Part shown: positions 23,611-36,770 of the stretch, piece after piece
Position numbering within the stretch: the stretch's first letter is position 1
How the letters are laid out: each line of letters begins with the position of its first letter
Assembly (NCBI GenBank): GCA_965287045.1
Contig: OZ336887.1
Coordinates: forward strand, 46,376,001 to 46,440,000
DNA: 64,000 bases
DNA from: Carcharhinus amblyrhynchos
Lineage: Eukaryota
Direction: 5' to 3'
Notes under the pieces: model-generated
The model's input: only the letters and a program-made list of their open reading frames with translations
The model's database searches: none
Told to the model about the DNA's origin: nothing
Made by a program: the position numbers and the translations under genes

Positions 23611-25816
23611 GGATAGTCAGGATACTCAGCACGGTTTCGTGAGGGGTAAGTCCTGCCTCACAAATCTGACTGAATTTTTTGAGGAGGTAACTAAGTGTGT
23701 GGATGAAGGTAGAGCATACATGTCGTATACATGGATTTTAGTAAGGCGTTTGATAAGGTTCCCCATGGTAGGCTCATGAAGAAGCTAAGGATGTGTGGGA
23801 TAGAAAGAAATTTGGCTGATTGGTTAAGTAATTGGCTGTCTCATAGAAGACAGAGGGTGGTGGTGGAAGGAAAATTTTCAAACTGGAGGCCAGTTACCAG
23901 TGGTGTTCCAGAGGGGTCATTGCTGGGTCCTCTGCTATTTGTGATTTTTATCAATGACTTGGAAGAGGGGCTGAAGGGTGGGTTAGTAAATTTGCTGATG
24001 ACATCAAGATTGGTGGAGTAGTCGATGAGGTGGAGAGCTCCTGCAGGCTACAAAGAAACATTGATAGGATGCAGAGCTGGGCTGAAAAGTGGCAGATGGA
24101 GTTTAACCCTAATAAGTGCAAGGTGATTCAATTTGGTACGACAAACTTGAATGCAGATTACAGGGTCAATGGCAGGGTTTTGAGGAATGTGGAGGAACAG
24201 AGAGATCTTGGGTTCATATCCACAGATCTCTGAAGGTTGCCACTCAAGTGGATAGAGCCATAAAGAAGGCTTATAGTGTGTTAGCGTTTATTAACAGAGG
24301 CTTTGAGTTTAAGAGCCATGGGGTTATGCTGCAACTATACCGGACCTTGGTGAGACCACATTTGGGATATTGTGCTCAGTTCTGGTCACCTCATTATGAG
24401 AAGGATGTGGAAGCATTGGATAGAGTGCAGAGGAGATTTAGAACATAAGAACATAAGAAATAGGAGCAGGAGTAGGCCATTTAGCCCTTCGAGCCTGCCC
24501 CGCCATTCAATAAGATCATGGCTGATCTGTCGTGGCTCAGTTCCACTTTCCCGCCCTCTCCCCATAACCCTTAATTCCCTCTCTTATCAAGAACCCATCA
24601 ACCCGCTTCTTAAAAATATTTAGCAAGGCAGCCTCCACCACTTCAACGGGCAGAGAATTCCAGAGATTCACCACCCTTTGAGTGAAGAAGTTCCTCCTCA
24701 ACTCCGTTCTAAACCGCCTCCCCTTTATCTTGAGGCTGTGCCCCCTAGTCCTACTGTCTTTTTTGAGCGGGAAGAGTCTCTCCACCTCTATCCTATCCAT
24801 CCCATTCATCATCTTATACGTCTCAATGAGATCTCCCCTCATTCTTCTAAACTCTAACGAGTACAAGCCTAGTTTATTCAGCCTCTCCTCATAGCTCAAT
24901 CCCCTCAACTCCGGTATCAGCCTAGTAAACCTCCTCTGCACTCCCTCCAGGGCCAAAATATCCTTGCGCAGGTGCGGCGCCCAAAACTGCACACAGTACT
25001 CCAGCTGCGGCCTCACCAATGCCCTATACAGCTGCAGCAAGACCTCCCTACTTTTATATTCAATCCCCCTCGCTATGAAGGCCAGCATCCCATTCGCCTT
25101 CCTGACCACCTGCTGCACCTGCAAGCTGGGTTTTTGCGACTCATGCACAAGGACCCCGAGGTCCCTCTGCACCGTCGCCTGCTGCAGTTTTTCACCACGT
25201 AAGTAATAGTCCTTCCTACCATTCTTCCTACCAAAGTGGACCACCTCACACTTGCCAACATTAAATTCCATTTGCCATTTCCTGGCCCATTCGCCCAGCC
25301 TATCTAGATCCTTCTGCAGACTCTCCACACCCTCCGCACAATTTGCCTTTCCCCCAATCTTGGATGCTTACCAGGATGCTGCCTGGTTTGGAGGGTTGGT
25401 CTTATGAGAAAAGGTTGAGGGAGCTGGGGTTTTTCTCTTTAGAGTGGGGGAGGATGAGAGGCGACTTAATAGAGGTTTATAAGATGATAGGGGGATTGAT
25501 AGAGACATGCAGAGACTATTTCCTCGGGTGCATGTAGCTGTTACTAGGGGGCATAACTATAAGGTTCATGGTGGGAGATATAGGAGGGATGTCCAAGGTA
25601 GATTCTTCAGTCAGAGAGTGGTTGGGGTGTGGAATAGGCTGCCTGCTGTGATAGTGGAGTCGGACATTTTAGGAACTTTCAAGTTGTTATTGGATAGGCA
25701 CATGGAGCACACCAGAATTATAGGGAGTGGGATAGCTTGATCTTGGGATTGGACATAGCATGCACAACATTGAGGGCCAAAGGGCCTGTACTGTGCTGTA
25801 ATGTTCTATGTTCTAT
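23611..25816 (+). mobile_element. 5'-truncated CR1 LINE, split by a nested CR1
   Basis: [26 protein letters not shown], ...RVQRRF at 24440 resumes as TRMLPGLEG at 25371; ttctatg tail. Confidence 0.93.
24441..25367 (-). mobile_element. Young CR1 LINE, 5'-truncated, uninterrupted ORF2 C-terminus
   Basis: ORF 24537-25328 (263 aa) is open to the natural stop; (ttcttatg) tail; tta at both junctions (24438-24440, 25368-25370). Confidence 0.95.
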
Positions 25817-27958
25817 GAAAGATGGCCCTGTGGGTGAGGGGCAGGGTGTTGTTGCGCTGGGACAAATAACACTTTTGGATTGAATAATACAATCAAAATG
25901 GAGGACAAAGTCCGCAGTCTGAAGTTAGTAATAATATAACAATATTGACACCAGAAGGCTTTAGGGTGCCTAATGAGAAGATTAGGCGTTGTTCCTTCAG
26001 TTTGCATTAGTTTTCATTGGAGCATGGTAGCAGAGCAAGGATGGACAGGTGGGGATGGGAGAAAGATGGTGAGTTGAAATTGCAAGTGATAAGAAAAATG
26101 GAGTCATGTTTGTGGACTGACAATGGTATCTGATAAGCAATCACCCAGTCTGCATTTAATCTCCTTAATGTAAACTCTTTTTTTGCGGTTATAATGATGA
26201 CTATATTGATGATGCTTCATGTCTTTTTTGGACTCGGTAAAGTTTATCAATTTTGCTTCCGATTTCCATCCCTTTTTCACCTTCATGTGGTTCATCTCTG
26301 ACACTTCCCTTCCATTCTTTGATCACTCTGTCTCCATTTCTGGTGATAGACTGACCACTAATATTCATTTCAAGCCTACTGACCCCCACAGTTACCTCCC
26401 TTACATCTCTTCACATCCCACTTCCTGTAAGGAATCTATTCTCTGCTTCGATTGCATCAGTTGTGATCCCACCTTCAAAAATGCCACTTCTGACATGTTT
26501 GCCTTTTTCCTGAACCGAGGATAGTGCCCCTCCCCAAACCAGTTGACTAGGCACTCAACTGAGTTTGACCCATTTCCTGCATCTCTGCGCTCACTCCTTC
26601 CCCTCTCCCAGAACAATGCTGGGTCCCCCTAATCCTCAATTTTCACCCCACCAGTTTCCACATTCAAGCATCATCCTCTGCCAATTCTGCCAACTTCAGC
26701 ATGTGGCACCATTTCCCGCTCACCCTGTTGCATCAGCATTCTGCAGGAGCCAGTCCGTCCTAACATCCCAGAGTAACATCCTGGCCCACTCCTCCATCAC
26801 CCCATTCCCTTCATTCCCCCTTCCCATGACATCTTCCCATGCAATCGCAGAAGATTCAACACCTGCACCTTTACCTCATCTCTCGTCACTGTCTCACATC
26901 CACAGACATTGGCAGACCTCTTGAGTTTGTCCAACATTTTCTGCTTTTATTTCAGATTTCCAGGGTGTGCATTATTTTGCTTCTACATGAATAGCTATCC
27001 AAAGTTTCAGTTTGCCCTAAAATAGACACAGTTCGGGTGACATGCTGTGTTGACATACCAGAAGCTTTGAGAATCTCTGGCCTTATTAGAATCGATATAA
27101 ATAACAACAGCCAGGAGTGATGCAAAACAGGGAGTTAACTCACTATCACCTGTTTTATGAATCCTGCAAAGTCTGTGAATTAAATCCCTATTTGTCACTA
27201 TAAGGTTGCTAAAAGGAACTTTTTACAAATCTCTATTCTATCCTCCTTCACCCCACCCTGCACCTTCCAGTTCAAAATCTAAGCAAAGGTGGTCATTGTG
27301 TGGGATTAAAACTTTTTCTGGGGGTGCGGTGAGGATACCCAATCATTCACTATAACTTTGGCAAGAAAATCTATGACATCCCAGAGAAACAGCATTAAAT
27401 AATTTTACCATAAAGGGTCTTTATAGAAACCCAATCTTATGACTTAAACGCTTCCAGAAATTATTTCTCTCAGAATTTTGCTGTCATGCTTTTTGCTTCT
27501 GGAGTTTCTTTTCTTATATTTTTCCACCTAATTTTTCTGTTTCTCTCACACCTCAAACAAAAATTAGAATTTTCTTAATGTACTTATTAGCAGAAATGTA
27601 ATGCAACGTCATTGCTCGTTGGAGCAAGGTGAGAGGAGGATTGATTTGTGATAGGTGAGCGACTACCTGTTTTTTAAGTTTAAGCTTTTTCGCAGGGTTT
27701 CTGTTTTTGAAAAAGTAATTTTAAAAGTTAAGCGGAAGTAGGCCACGGGATGAGTTGGGAATGGCTTTTTTCAGCGCGCGAGATTTAAAAGGGAGGCTGC
27801 ACTATACAGCGGGCAGTGTCGGTAGCGGGCAGCAGAGTGAGCAGGGAGCAGAGTGAGGGCTAAAGGGCTTTAGCTCATCAGGCTTAGGCTGAAACAGGCG
27901 AGGCAAGGTAGGACTAATTCATAATTACTTTTCCTGCGTTCTTTAAAAAAGGGGAATT

Positions 27959-28874
27959 ATGAGTGTGAGGCCAGTCTGCTCTTCTCAGTGTCGGATGTGG
28001 GAGGTTCTGGAGGCTCCTGGCCTCCTGGAGGTCCATATCTGTGCTGGATGCGTTTGAGCTGCAGTTCCTAAGGGACCGTGTTAGGGAACTGGAACTGCAA
28101 CTTGAGGACCTTCGTCTGGTCAGTGAAAATGAGGAGGCGATAGACAGGAGTTACAAGCAAGTTGTCACACCGGGACCACAGGATGCAGAAAAGTGGGTCA
28201 TGGTCAGAAAGGGGAAAGCTTCAGTGCTAGAGGGCACCCCAGTGGATGTGCCCCTTCACAATAAGTACTCCTGTTTGAGTACTGTTGGGAGGGACAGCCC
28301 AACTGGTGGAAGCAGCAGTGGCCGTGCCTCTGGCACAGAGACCAGCCCAGTAGCTCAGAAGGGTCAGGAAAGGAGGAGGAAGACAGTATTAATCGGAGAC
28401 TCTACAGTGAGGAGGTCAGACAGGCGATTTTGCTGAGGCAGACGGGAATCTCGGATGGTGGTTTGCCTTCCCGGTGCCAGGATCCGGGATGTTTCTGGTC
28501 ACGTCCCAGATATCCTGAAGCGGGAGGGAGAGGCGCCAGAGGTCGTGGTACATGTTGGTACCGCTGACATAGGTAGAAAAAGGGAAGGGGTCATGAAAAG
28601 GGAATATAGGGAGTTAGGTAGACAGTTGAGAAGGAGGAACGCAAAGGTAGTAATCTCGGGAATACTGCCTGTGCCACGAGAAAGTGAGAGTAAGAGCGGA
28701 ATGAGGTGGAGGATGAATGTATGGCTGAGGGATTGGAGCAGGAGGCAGGGATTCAGGTTTTTGGATCATTGGGACCTCTTTAGGGGCAGGTGTGACCAGT
28801 ACGAAAAAGTCGGGTGGCACTTGAATCCCAGGGGGACCAATATTCTGGTGGGAAGGCTACTGGGGAGACTTTAA
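27959..28874 (+). pseudogene. CR1 ORF1: Cys-rich N-terminus, coiled coil, SGNH/GDSL esterase domain
   Basis: CSSQCRMWE...HICAGC; LRDRVRELELQLEDL; VLIGDSTVR; CLPGARIRDV; VVHVGTADIG; HLNPRGT. Confidence 0.88.
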
Positions 28875-28999
28875 ACTAGAATGATTTGGGGGAGGGAATC
28901 AATATGAAATGACTGGGAGCGAGGAGGTTAGCTCGCAAATAGAGAGGGATTGTTGACAGTGTAGGAGGGAGGATAGACAGGTGATGGAGAAGGGGAGCG

Positions 29000-31800
29000 C
29001 TCAGGCTGAAGGTTTGAGATGTGTCTATTTTAACGCTAGGAGTGTGGTGAACTGAGTGGATGAGCTTAGAGCGTGGATCACTGCTTGGAAATGTGATGTG
29101 GTGGCCATTACAGAGACTTGGATGAATCAGGGACAGGACTGGATACTTCAAGTGCCGGGTTTCAGATGTTTCAGGAGGGACAGGGAGGGAGGCAAAAGAG
29201 GTGGGGGAGTGGCACTGTTGATCAGGGACAATGTCATAGCTATAGAGAAGGTGGGCGCCATGGAGGGATTGTCCACGGAGAATCTGTGGGTGGAAGTTCG
29301 GAACAGGAAAGGGTCAATGGCTTTACTGGGTGTTTTCTATAGGCCGCCCAATAGTAACAGGGTTGTTGAGGAGGAAATAGGGAAACAGATCCTGGAGAGA
29401 TGCAATAATAACAGAGTTGTCGTGATGGGAGATTTTAATTTCCCAAATATCGATTGGAATATCCCCAAGGTAAGGGGTTTGGATGGGGAGGAGTTTGTTA
29501 GGTGTGTTCAGGAGGGATTCCTGACACGGTATGTGGATAAGCCTACAAGAGAAGAGGTTGTACTCGATCTGGTATTGGGTAATGAACCTGGACAGGTGTC
29601 AGATCTCTCGGTGGGAGAGCATTTTGGGGATAGTGATCGTCCAATGCTAGCGTAAAGAAGATAGAGTTATGATCATAACTCTATCTTCTTTATGCTAGCA
29701 TTGGAGAGGGATAGGATCAGGCGAGCTTGGAAAGTGTTTATCTGGAGTAAGGGGAAACATGAAGCCATCAGGCAGGAAAGTAGAGACGTAAATTGGAAGG
29801 AGGTATTCTCGGGGAAATGTACTGAAGGTGGCAGATTTTCAAGGAATATTTGTCTGGAGTTCTGCACAACAACGTTCCAATGAAACAGGGAGGTTATGGT
29901 AGGTTACAGGAACTGTGGCGCAAGAAAGTTGTAACGAATCTAGTCAAAAAGAAAAGAAAAGCGTACAAAAGGTTCAGGGAGCTAGGTAATGTTAGGGATC
30001 TAGAGGACTATATGGCTTGTAGGAAGGAACTTAAGGAAATTAGGAGAGCCAGAAGGGATCATGAGAAGGCCTTGGCAAGAAAGATTAAGGAAAACCCTAA
30101 GGCATTCTACAAATATGTGAGGAATAAAAGGATGAGATGCGAAGGAATAAGACCTATAAAATGTGACAGTGGGAAAGTTTGTATAGAACCGGTAGAAATA
30201 GCAGAGGTGCTCAGTGAAGACTTTACTTTGGTATTCACAGTGGAAAAAGATCTTGGTGGTTGGAGTGCAGGTTTGCAGCGGCCTGAAAAGCTTGAGTGCA
30301 TGGACATTAAGAAAGAGGATGTGTTCGAACTTTTGAATAGTATCAAGATAGATAAGTCGCTGGGAACGAATGGGATGTACCCCAGGTTACTGTGGGAGGC
30401 GAGGAAAGAGATTGCAGAGCCTCTGGCGATGATCTTTGTGTCATCGATGGAGAAGGGAGAGGTTCCGGAGGATTGGAGGATTGCAGATGTGGTTCCTATG
30501 TTCAAGAAAGGGAATAGAGGTAGCCCAGGAAATTATCGACTGGTGAGTCTAACCTCAGTGGTTGGTAAGTTGATGAAAAAGATCCTGAGAGATAGGATTT
30601 ATGAACATTTAGAGAAGTATAGTATGATCAAAAGTAGTCAGCACAGCTTTGTTAAAGGCAGATCGTGTCTTACGAGCCTAGTTGAGTTTTTTGAAAATGT
30701 CACTAAACACATTGACGAAGGGTGAGCGGTGGATGTGGTTTATATGGACTCAGCAAGGTGTTTGATAAGGTCCCGCATGCAAGACTTACTGAGAAAGTGA
30801 GGGGGCATGGGACCCAAGGGAACATTGCTTTGTGGATCCAGAACTGACTTGCCCGCAGAAGGCGGATAGCCGTTGTAGATGGGTCTTTATCTGCGTGGAG
30901 GTCGGTCACCAGTGGAGTACCCCAGGGATCTGTTCTGGGACCCTTGCTGTTTGTGATTTTTATAAATGACCTGGATGAGGAAGTGGAGGGATGGGTTGGT
31001 AAGTTTGCCGATGACACGAAGCTCGGAGGTGTTGTGGATAGTTTGGAGGGATGTCAGAAGTTGTAGCGTGACATAGATTGGACGCAAGACTGGGCGGACA
31101 AGTGGCAGATGGGCTTCAACCCGGATAAATGTGTAGTGGTACATTTTGGCAGGTCAAATGGGATGAAGGAATATAATATTAAGGGTAAGACTCTTATCAG
31201 TGTGGAAGATCAGAAGAATCTTGGGGTCCAGGTTCATAGGACTCTCAAATCGGCTTCGCAGCTAGAGGATGTGGTTAAGAAGGCGTATGGTGTACTGGCC
31301 TTCATCAATCGAGGGATTAAGTTTAGGAGTCGGGAGATAATGCTGCAGCTGTATAAGACCCTGGTCAGACCCCACTTGGAGTACTGTGCTCAATTCTGGT
31401 CGCCTCATTACAGGAAGGATGTGGAAGCCATTGAAAGGGTGCAGTGGAGATTTACAAGGATGTTATCTGGATTGGGTGGTATGCCTTATGAGGATAGGTT
31501 GAGAGAGCTCAATCTTTTCTCCTTAGTGAGACAAAGGATGAGAGGGGACCTGATAGAGGTATATAAAATGATGAGAGGTATTGATCAGGTGGACTCTCAG
31601 AGGCTTTTCCCCAGGGCTGAAATGGCTGCTACAAGAGGACACAGGTTTAAGGTGCTGGGGACTAGGTACAAAGGAAATGTCAGGGGTAAGTTTTTCACTC
31701 AGAGGGTGGTGGGTGAGTGAAATCAGCTGCCATCGGTGATGGTGGAAGCAAATTCGATAGGGTCTTTTAAGACACTTCTGGATGAGTACATGGGACTTAA
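29000..31800 (+). pseudogene. CR1 ORF2: APE endonuclease plus reverse transcriptase
   Basis: [61 protein letters not shown]. Confidence 0.93.
29640..29705. repeat. 66-bp near-perfect palindrome (33-bp arms, no spacer)
   Basis: tccaatgctagcgtaaagaagatagagttatga|tcataactctatcttctttatgctagcattgga has one mismatch. Confidence 0.97.
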
Positions 31801-32120
31801 TAGGATTGAGGGTTATAGGTAAGCCTAGTAGATAGAGATAAGATCGGCGCAACTTGTGGGCCAAAGAGCCTGTTTGTGCTGTAGTTTTTCTATGATTCTA
31901 CGAAATCTGTGGAAAGGCTGTAAATTTTAGAAATGTGGGTTAGTGCTATGGAAGTCCAAATGGTAAGGTTTTATCAGCTACAGAGTTGAATTGTTTTGTA
32001 AATATAGTGATTTATTTATTAACAATTGGTTATTCTGTGATTAATTATCCTTAGAGAATCGGCACTGGGCCTCCAATTTCACCATTGCTATCGTCATTAT
32101 GCCTACTCTGGATGCACATA

Positions 32121-33300
32121 TAGAACATAGAACATAGAACACTACAGCACAAACAGGCCCTTCGGCCCACGAGTTGTGCCGATCACATCAACACCTACCA
32201 ATCCATAGACCTATCAATAACCCCCAAGCCCATTAAATCCCATATACTCATCCAGAAGTCTTTTAAAAGACCCCAGCGAGTTCGCCTCCACCACCACTGA
32301 TGGCAGCCGCTTCCATTCACTCACCACCCTCTGAGTGAAAAACTTACCCCTAACATCACTACTGTACTTGCCTCCCCGCACCTAAAATCTGTGTCCTCTC
32401 GTAGCGACCATTTCAACCCGGGGAAATAGCCTCTGAGAATCCACCCTATCTATTCCTCTCAACATTTTATAAACTTCTATCAGGTCGCCTCTCAACCTTC
32501 GTCTCTCCAGGGAAAAGAGTCCCAGCTCCCTCAACCTAACTTCATAAGGCATGCCTCCCAGTCCAGGCAACATCCTTGTAAATCTCCTCTGTACCCTTTC
32601 AATAGCTTCTACATCCTTCCTATAGTGAGGTGACCAGAACTGCGCACAGTACTCCAAGTGAGGCCTGACAAGGGTCTTATAAAGTTGCAGCATTACCTCC
32701 TGATTCCTAAACTCAATCCCTCGATTAATGAAGGCCAGTACACCATACGCCTTCTTGACCACATCCTCCACCTGCGAGGCCGATTTAAGAGTCCTGTGGA
32801 CCCGGACCCCAAGATCCTTCTGCTCTTCAACACTACTAAGACTCCTGCCCTTGATAGTGTATTTGTTCATCCCATTGGTTCTGCCAAAATGGACGACTAC
32901 ACATTTATCCGCGTTGAAGTCCATCTGCCACTTCTCCGCCCAGTCCTGCATCCTATTTATGTCCTGCTGCAACTTTTGACATCCTTCCAGACCATCCACA
33001 ACACCACCGACCTTCGTGTCATCAGCAAACTTACTAACCCATCCCTCCACTTCCTCATCTAGGTCATTTATGAAAATGACAAACAGCAAGGGTCCTAGAA
33101 CAGATCCCTGGGGCACTCCACTGGTGACTGACCTCCATGCAGAAAAAGACCCATCCACAACCACTCTCTGCCTTCTGCAGGCAAGCCAGTTCTGGATCCA
33201 CAAGGCCAAAGCCCCTTGGATCCCATGCCCTCTCACCTTCTCAAGAAGTCTTGCATGGGGGACCTTATCAAACGCCTTGCTGAAGTCCATGTACACCACA
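32121..33300 (-). mobile_element. 5'-truncated young CR1 LINE
   Basis: About 305 uninterrupted codons from [15 protein letters not shown] through KFADDTK to TRGHRF; (ttctatg) tail; cacatata at both ends (32115-32122, 33297-33304). Confidence 0.95.
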
Positions 33301-33311
33301 TATAATAAAAG

Positions 33312-33420
33312 AAAGACTAAATCTAAATTTATACAACACCTTTTCACTATGTTCAAAATTGTTTTACAGCCCCAGTTAAGTACTTTTGAGTGTAGCCACT
33401 GATATACTATAGCAATGTTA
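33312..33420 (-). mobile_element. Deu-SINE/L2-type 3' tail fragment
   Basis: Reverse complement contains cagtggctacactcaaaagtactt...ggctgtaaaac...gaaaaggtgttgtataaa, like 3500-3580. Confidence 0.55.
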
Positions 33421-34994
33421 TCCAATAGCAGAGTAGGCTCAAGAGGTCAAATAACCTATTCCTGTTCCTAATGGATATGTTCATATGTCATTCGGACGGA
33501 TGAAATACATATGAACTAGATGGCCTTTGTCATCCATAATTATCTGGCGAACGGGGTGGAATCATCACTGGAGTTCTGCTTATTTTGTTGATAATGAAAG
33601 TTTGCTGTGAGCAAGCTTTGTGGGGTAAAATTGCTAAAATGGAAGTGCATAATGGGTTCATGGTGAACAAGTAGCCTGCTTTACATTTCAAACAATTCTC
33701 AAGAGTCTTCTAAATTGACTTCAAATTTGTTCTTTTGTCTACTTACCTATCATTCTACTCTATCTTGGTGCTTTTAATGAGATTTTTAAGGCATAGAAAT
33801 ATGATAAAGTGTGTTGCATCGTAAATATTGAAAATATATTCTAGTGAGAATCAACAAACAATAGAGTCTTCAGACTTGCTAATCAAGAAAACACAGATAT
33901 AATTGTGAACCTCAGCCTTTGTCCTCTGTCCTCTTAAAAGTTCTGTTGCAGACACCTGAGAGCTCCAACGATTCTCATTGACAGTGAAGACCTAAGTTGC
34001 TCTATTATTCCATTATATATTGAATTCTTCCCCCAAATATGGTTCTACTGTCACTATGTTCATATGTTTCAATATATAAAACAGGGTAATGGATGTTGAG
34101 GCAACCACCAAAATCAGTGTTATCACCCGCAGTGTTGTAATTAATTGGATATTTTCCTGCCAAATTAATAACATTGCACATTGCTGTTAAAGTTTGTACT
34201 CTGGTTAGTTTGACAGTCATGTTAATACCCCCCACAGGATGCACACAAATGAATACTGCATTATATCATTATGGTTGTTATTTTGCATGACAAAATGTTG
34301 CATATGTATTAGATGATATTTGTAACTAGATACAAACAATAGGCATTATCATTTTATTGGGACCTTTCTGCAATTGTTTCGTGAATTGACTGGTGAATCT
34401 TTAGAGGAAAAAATATGCCTGATTGAGGGGGAGGGGATGCAGTACAGGTGGGTGGAGTAAGGGGCCCAGAAACAGGAGAAGCACAGGGACCATGGATTCT
34501 CACAATGGCCCTGCAGCTAACTCATTATCTTAGAAATCCAGGGGGTACCAATTTGGAGCTTGGGGGAATGCAGCATGTGACAATGCATCCACCATAAAAC
34601 TGCTGCTGAGAAGCAATCAGAGAAAAGGGACAAGAGTCAGCATTGTACTGAGAGCTAAAGAGTAGGAGATGGTAAACATAACAAGCTTAAACTTGTCAAA
34701 CTGGCTAAATGCAGGAGTTCAAATAAGTCAAAAAAGCAACTAAGCCTCACTATCTCCAATTATTATTTCTATTTGATGGACTATTGATATCACGTGCTTC
34801 TTTCCTTATATGGGTATTGTTTATAATCTTATCCGAGTCACGTGTTCCTTCCCTGGTCTGCTTTGTATTATACACTCTTTCCCCCTGCAGGGAGGGAGGG
34901 AATTAGTAAATGGCTATTGAAAAGCAAAATGCACATGTGTTACTTCTGCTTATATTGGATTTGCTGGGGGAAAGATGAACGGATCAGATCTAAA

Positions 34995-36770
34995 CTCTGT
35001 AGTCCTTTTGCATCCAGTCATGAGTGGTGATGGACAATTAAACAACTCTCTGGAAGAAGATGCTTCACAAATATCCCCATCCTCAGTGATGGAGGAGCCC
35101 AACACAACGGTGCAAAAGATAAGGCTGAAGTGCCAAGTGGATGATCCATCTCACCCTCCACCAGTGGTCCCCAGCATCTCAGATGCCAGTCTGCAGCCAA
35201 TTTGATTCACTCCACGTGATATCAAGAAAAGTTGAAAACACTGGATAGTACAAAGGCAATGGCCCTGATAATATTCCAGCAATAGTACTAAAGACTTGTG
35301 CTCCAAAACTTGCTGCTCCCCTAGCCAAGCTCTCCAGTACAGTTACAACACTGGCATCTACCCAACAATGTGGATAATTGCCCAGTATGTCCTATACATA
35401 AAAAAGCAGGACATATCCAACCCGACCAATTACCACCCAATCAGTTTACTCTCGATCATCAGTAGTGGAAGGGTTCATCAACAGTGCTATCAAGCGACAC
35501 CTGCTCAGCAATAACCTGCTCTGTGATGCCCAGTTTGGGTTTCGCCAGGGTCATTCAGCTCCTGACTTCATTACAGCCTTGGTTCAAACATGGACAAAAG
35601 AGCTGAGTTCCAGAGGTTAGGTGAGAGTGATAGCCCTTGACTTCAAGGCCAAGTTTGACTGAGTGTGGCATCAAGGAGCCCTGGTAAAACTGGAATCAAT
35701 GGGTATCAGGGGGCAAACACTCCACTGGTTGGAGTCATACCTGGTTCATGGGAAGATGGTTGTGATTGTGGAGGGTCAGTCACCTCAGCTCCAGGACATC
35801 TCTACAGGAGTCCTTCAGGATAGTGTTCTAGCCCAACAATCTTCAGCTACTTCATCAGTAGCCTTCCCTCCATTATAAGATCAGAAGTTGAAATGTTCAC
35901 TTGTGATTGCACAATATTCAGCACCATTCTCGACTCTTCAGATATTGAAGCAGTCCATGTTCAAATGCAACAAGATCTGGACGATATCCAAACTTGGGCT
36001 GACAAGTGGCAAGTAACATTCGTGCCACACAAATGCCAAACAATGACCATCACCAATAAGAAACACTCTAACCACCGCCCCTTGACATTCAATAGTGTTA
36101 CCATCACTGAATGACCCTGTGTCAATATCCTTGGGGTTACCATTGACCAGAAACTCAACTGCACTCACCCCATAAACATAGTGGCTACAAGAGCAGGTCA
36201 GAGGCTAGGAATACTGCGGTGAGTAACTCACCTCCTGACTCCCCAAAGCCTATCCACCATCTACAAGGCACAAGTCAGGATTGTGATGGGATACTCCCCG
36301 CTTGCCTGGGTGGGTGCAGCTCCAATAACACTCAAGAAGCTTGACACCATCCAAGACAAAGCAGCCCACTTCATTGGCACCACAATTACAAATATCCATT
36401 CCCTTCACCACCGATGCTCAGTGTATTCTAGCTACAAGATGCACTGCAGCAATTCACTAAAGATCCTTAGACAGCACCTTCCAAACCCACGACCACTTCC
36501 ACCTAGAAGGACAAGGGCAGCAGATACATGGAAACACCACCACCTGCAAGTTCCCCTCCAAGCCACTCACCATTCCGACTTGGAAATATATCACCATTCC
36601 TTCACAGTCATTGGGTCAAAATCCTCCCTAACACCATTGTGAGTCAACCCGCAGCACATGGACTGCAGCGATTCAGAAAGGCAGCTCACCACCACCTTCT
36701 CAAAGGCAACTAGTTATGGGCAATGCTGGCCAGCCAGCAATGCCCATGTCCCACGAATAAATTTTAAATA
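34995..36770 (+). mobile_element. 5'-truncated LINE of a second CR1/L2-group family (RT)
   Basis: SNPTNYHPISLLSIIS, QFGFRQGHS, ALDFKAKFD*VWHQG, GVLQDSVL, degenerate FADD (MFTCDCTIF), WADKWQVTF. Confidence 0.9.

Larger units (their letters stand above)
23240..26987. mobile_element. Penelope-like element (inverted pLTR plus RT fragment), interrupted by CR1s at 23611-25816
   Basis: 26219-26460 encodes FINFASDFHP...ISDTSLPF...GDRLTTNIHFKPTDPHSYL...SSHPTSCKESI, typical of the Penelope RT C-terminal region. Termini at 23240-23345 and 26912-26987 are inverted copies of the same pLTR sequence. Confidence 0.75.
27610..31900 (+). mobile_element. Near full-length CR1 LINE (5' UTR, ORF1, ORF2, 3' UTR), inactivated
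   Basis: CpG-rich 5' UTR, ORF1 from ATG 27959, ORF2 EN+RT, ttttctatgattcta tail; multiple stops and frameshifts. Confidence 0.95.

Noticed and set aside
32382-33425. 347-aa ORF as a host gene or domesticated RT
   Set aside because: The first ~42 codons are flanking DNA read through in frame; the rest is a 5'-truncated CR1 ORF2 lacking the endonuclease and N-terminal RT motifs.
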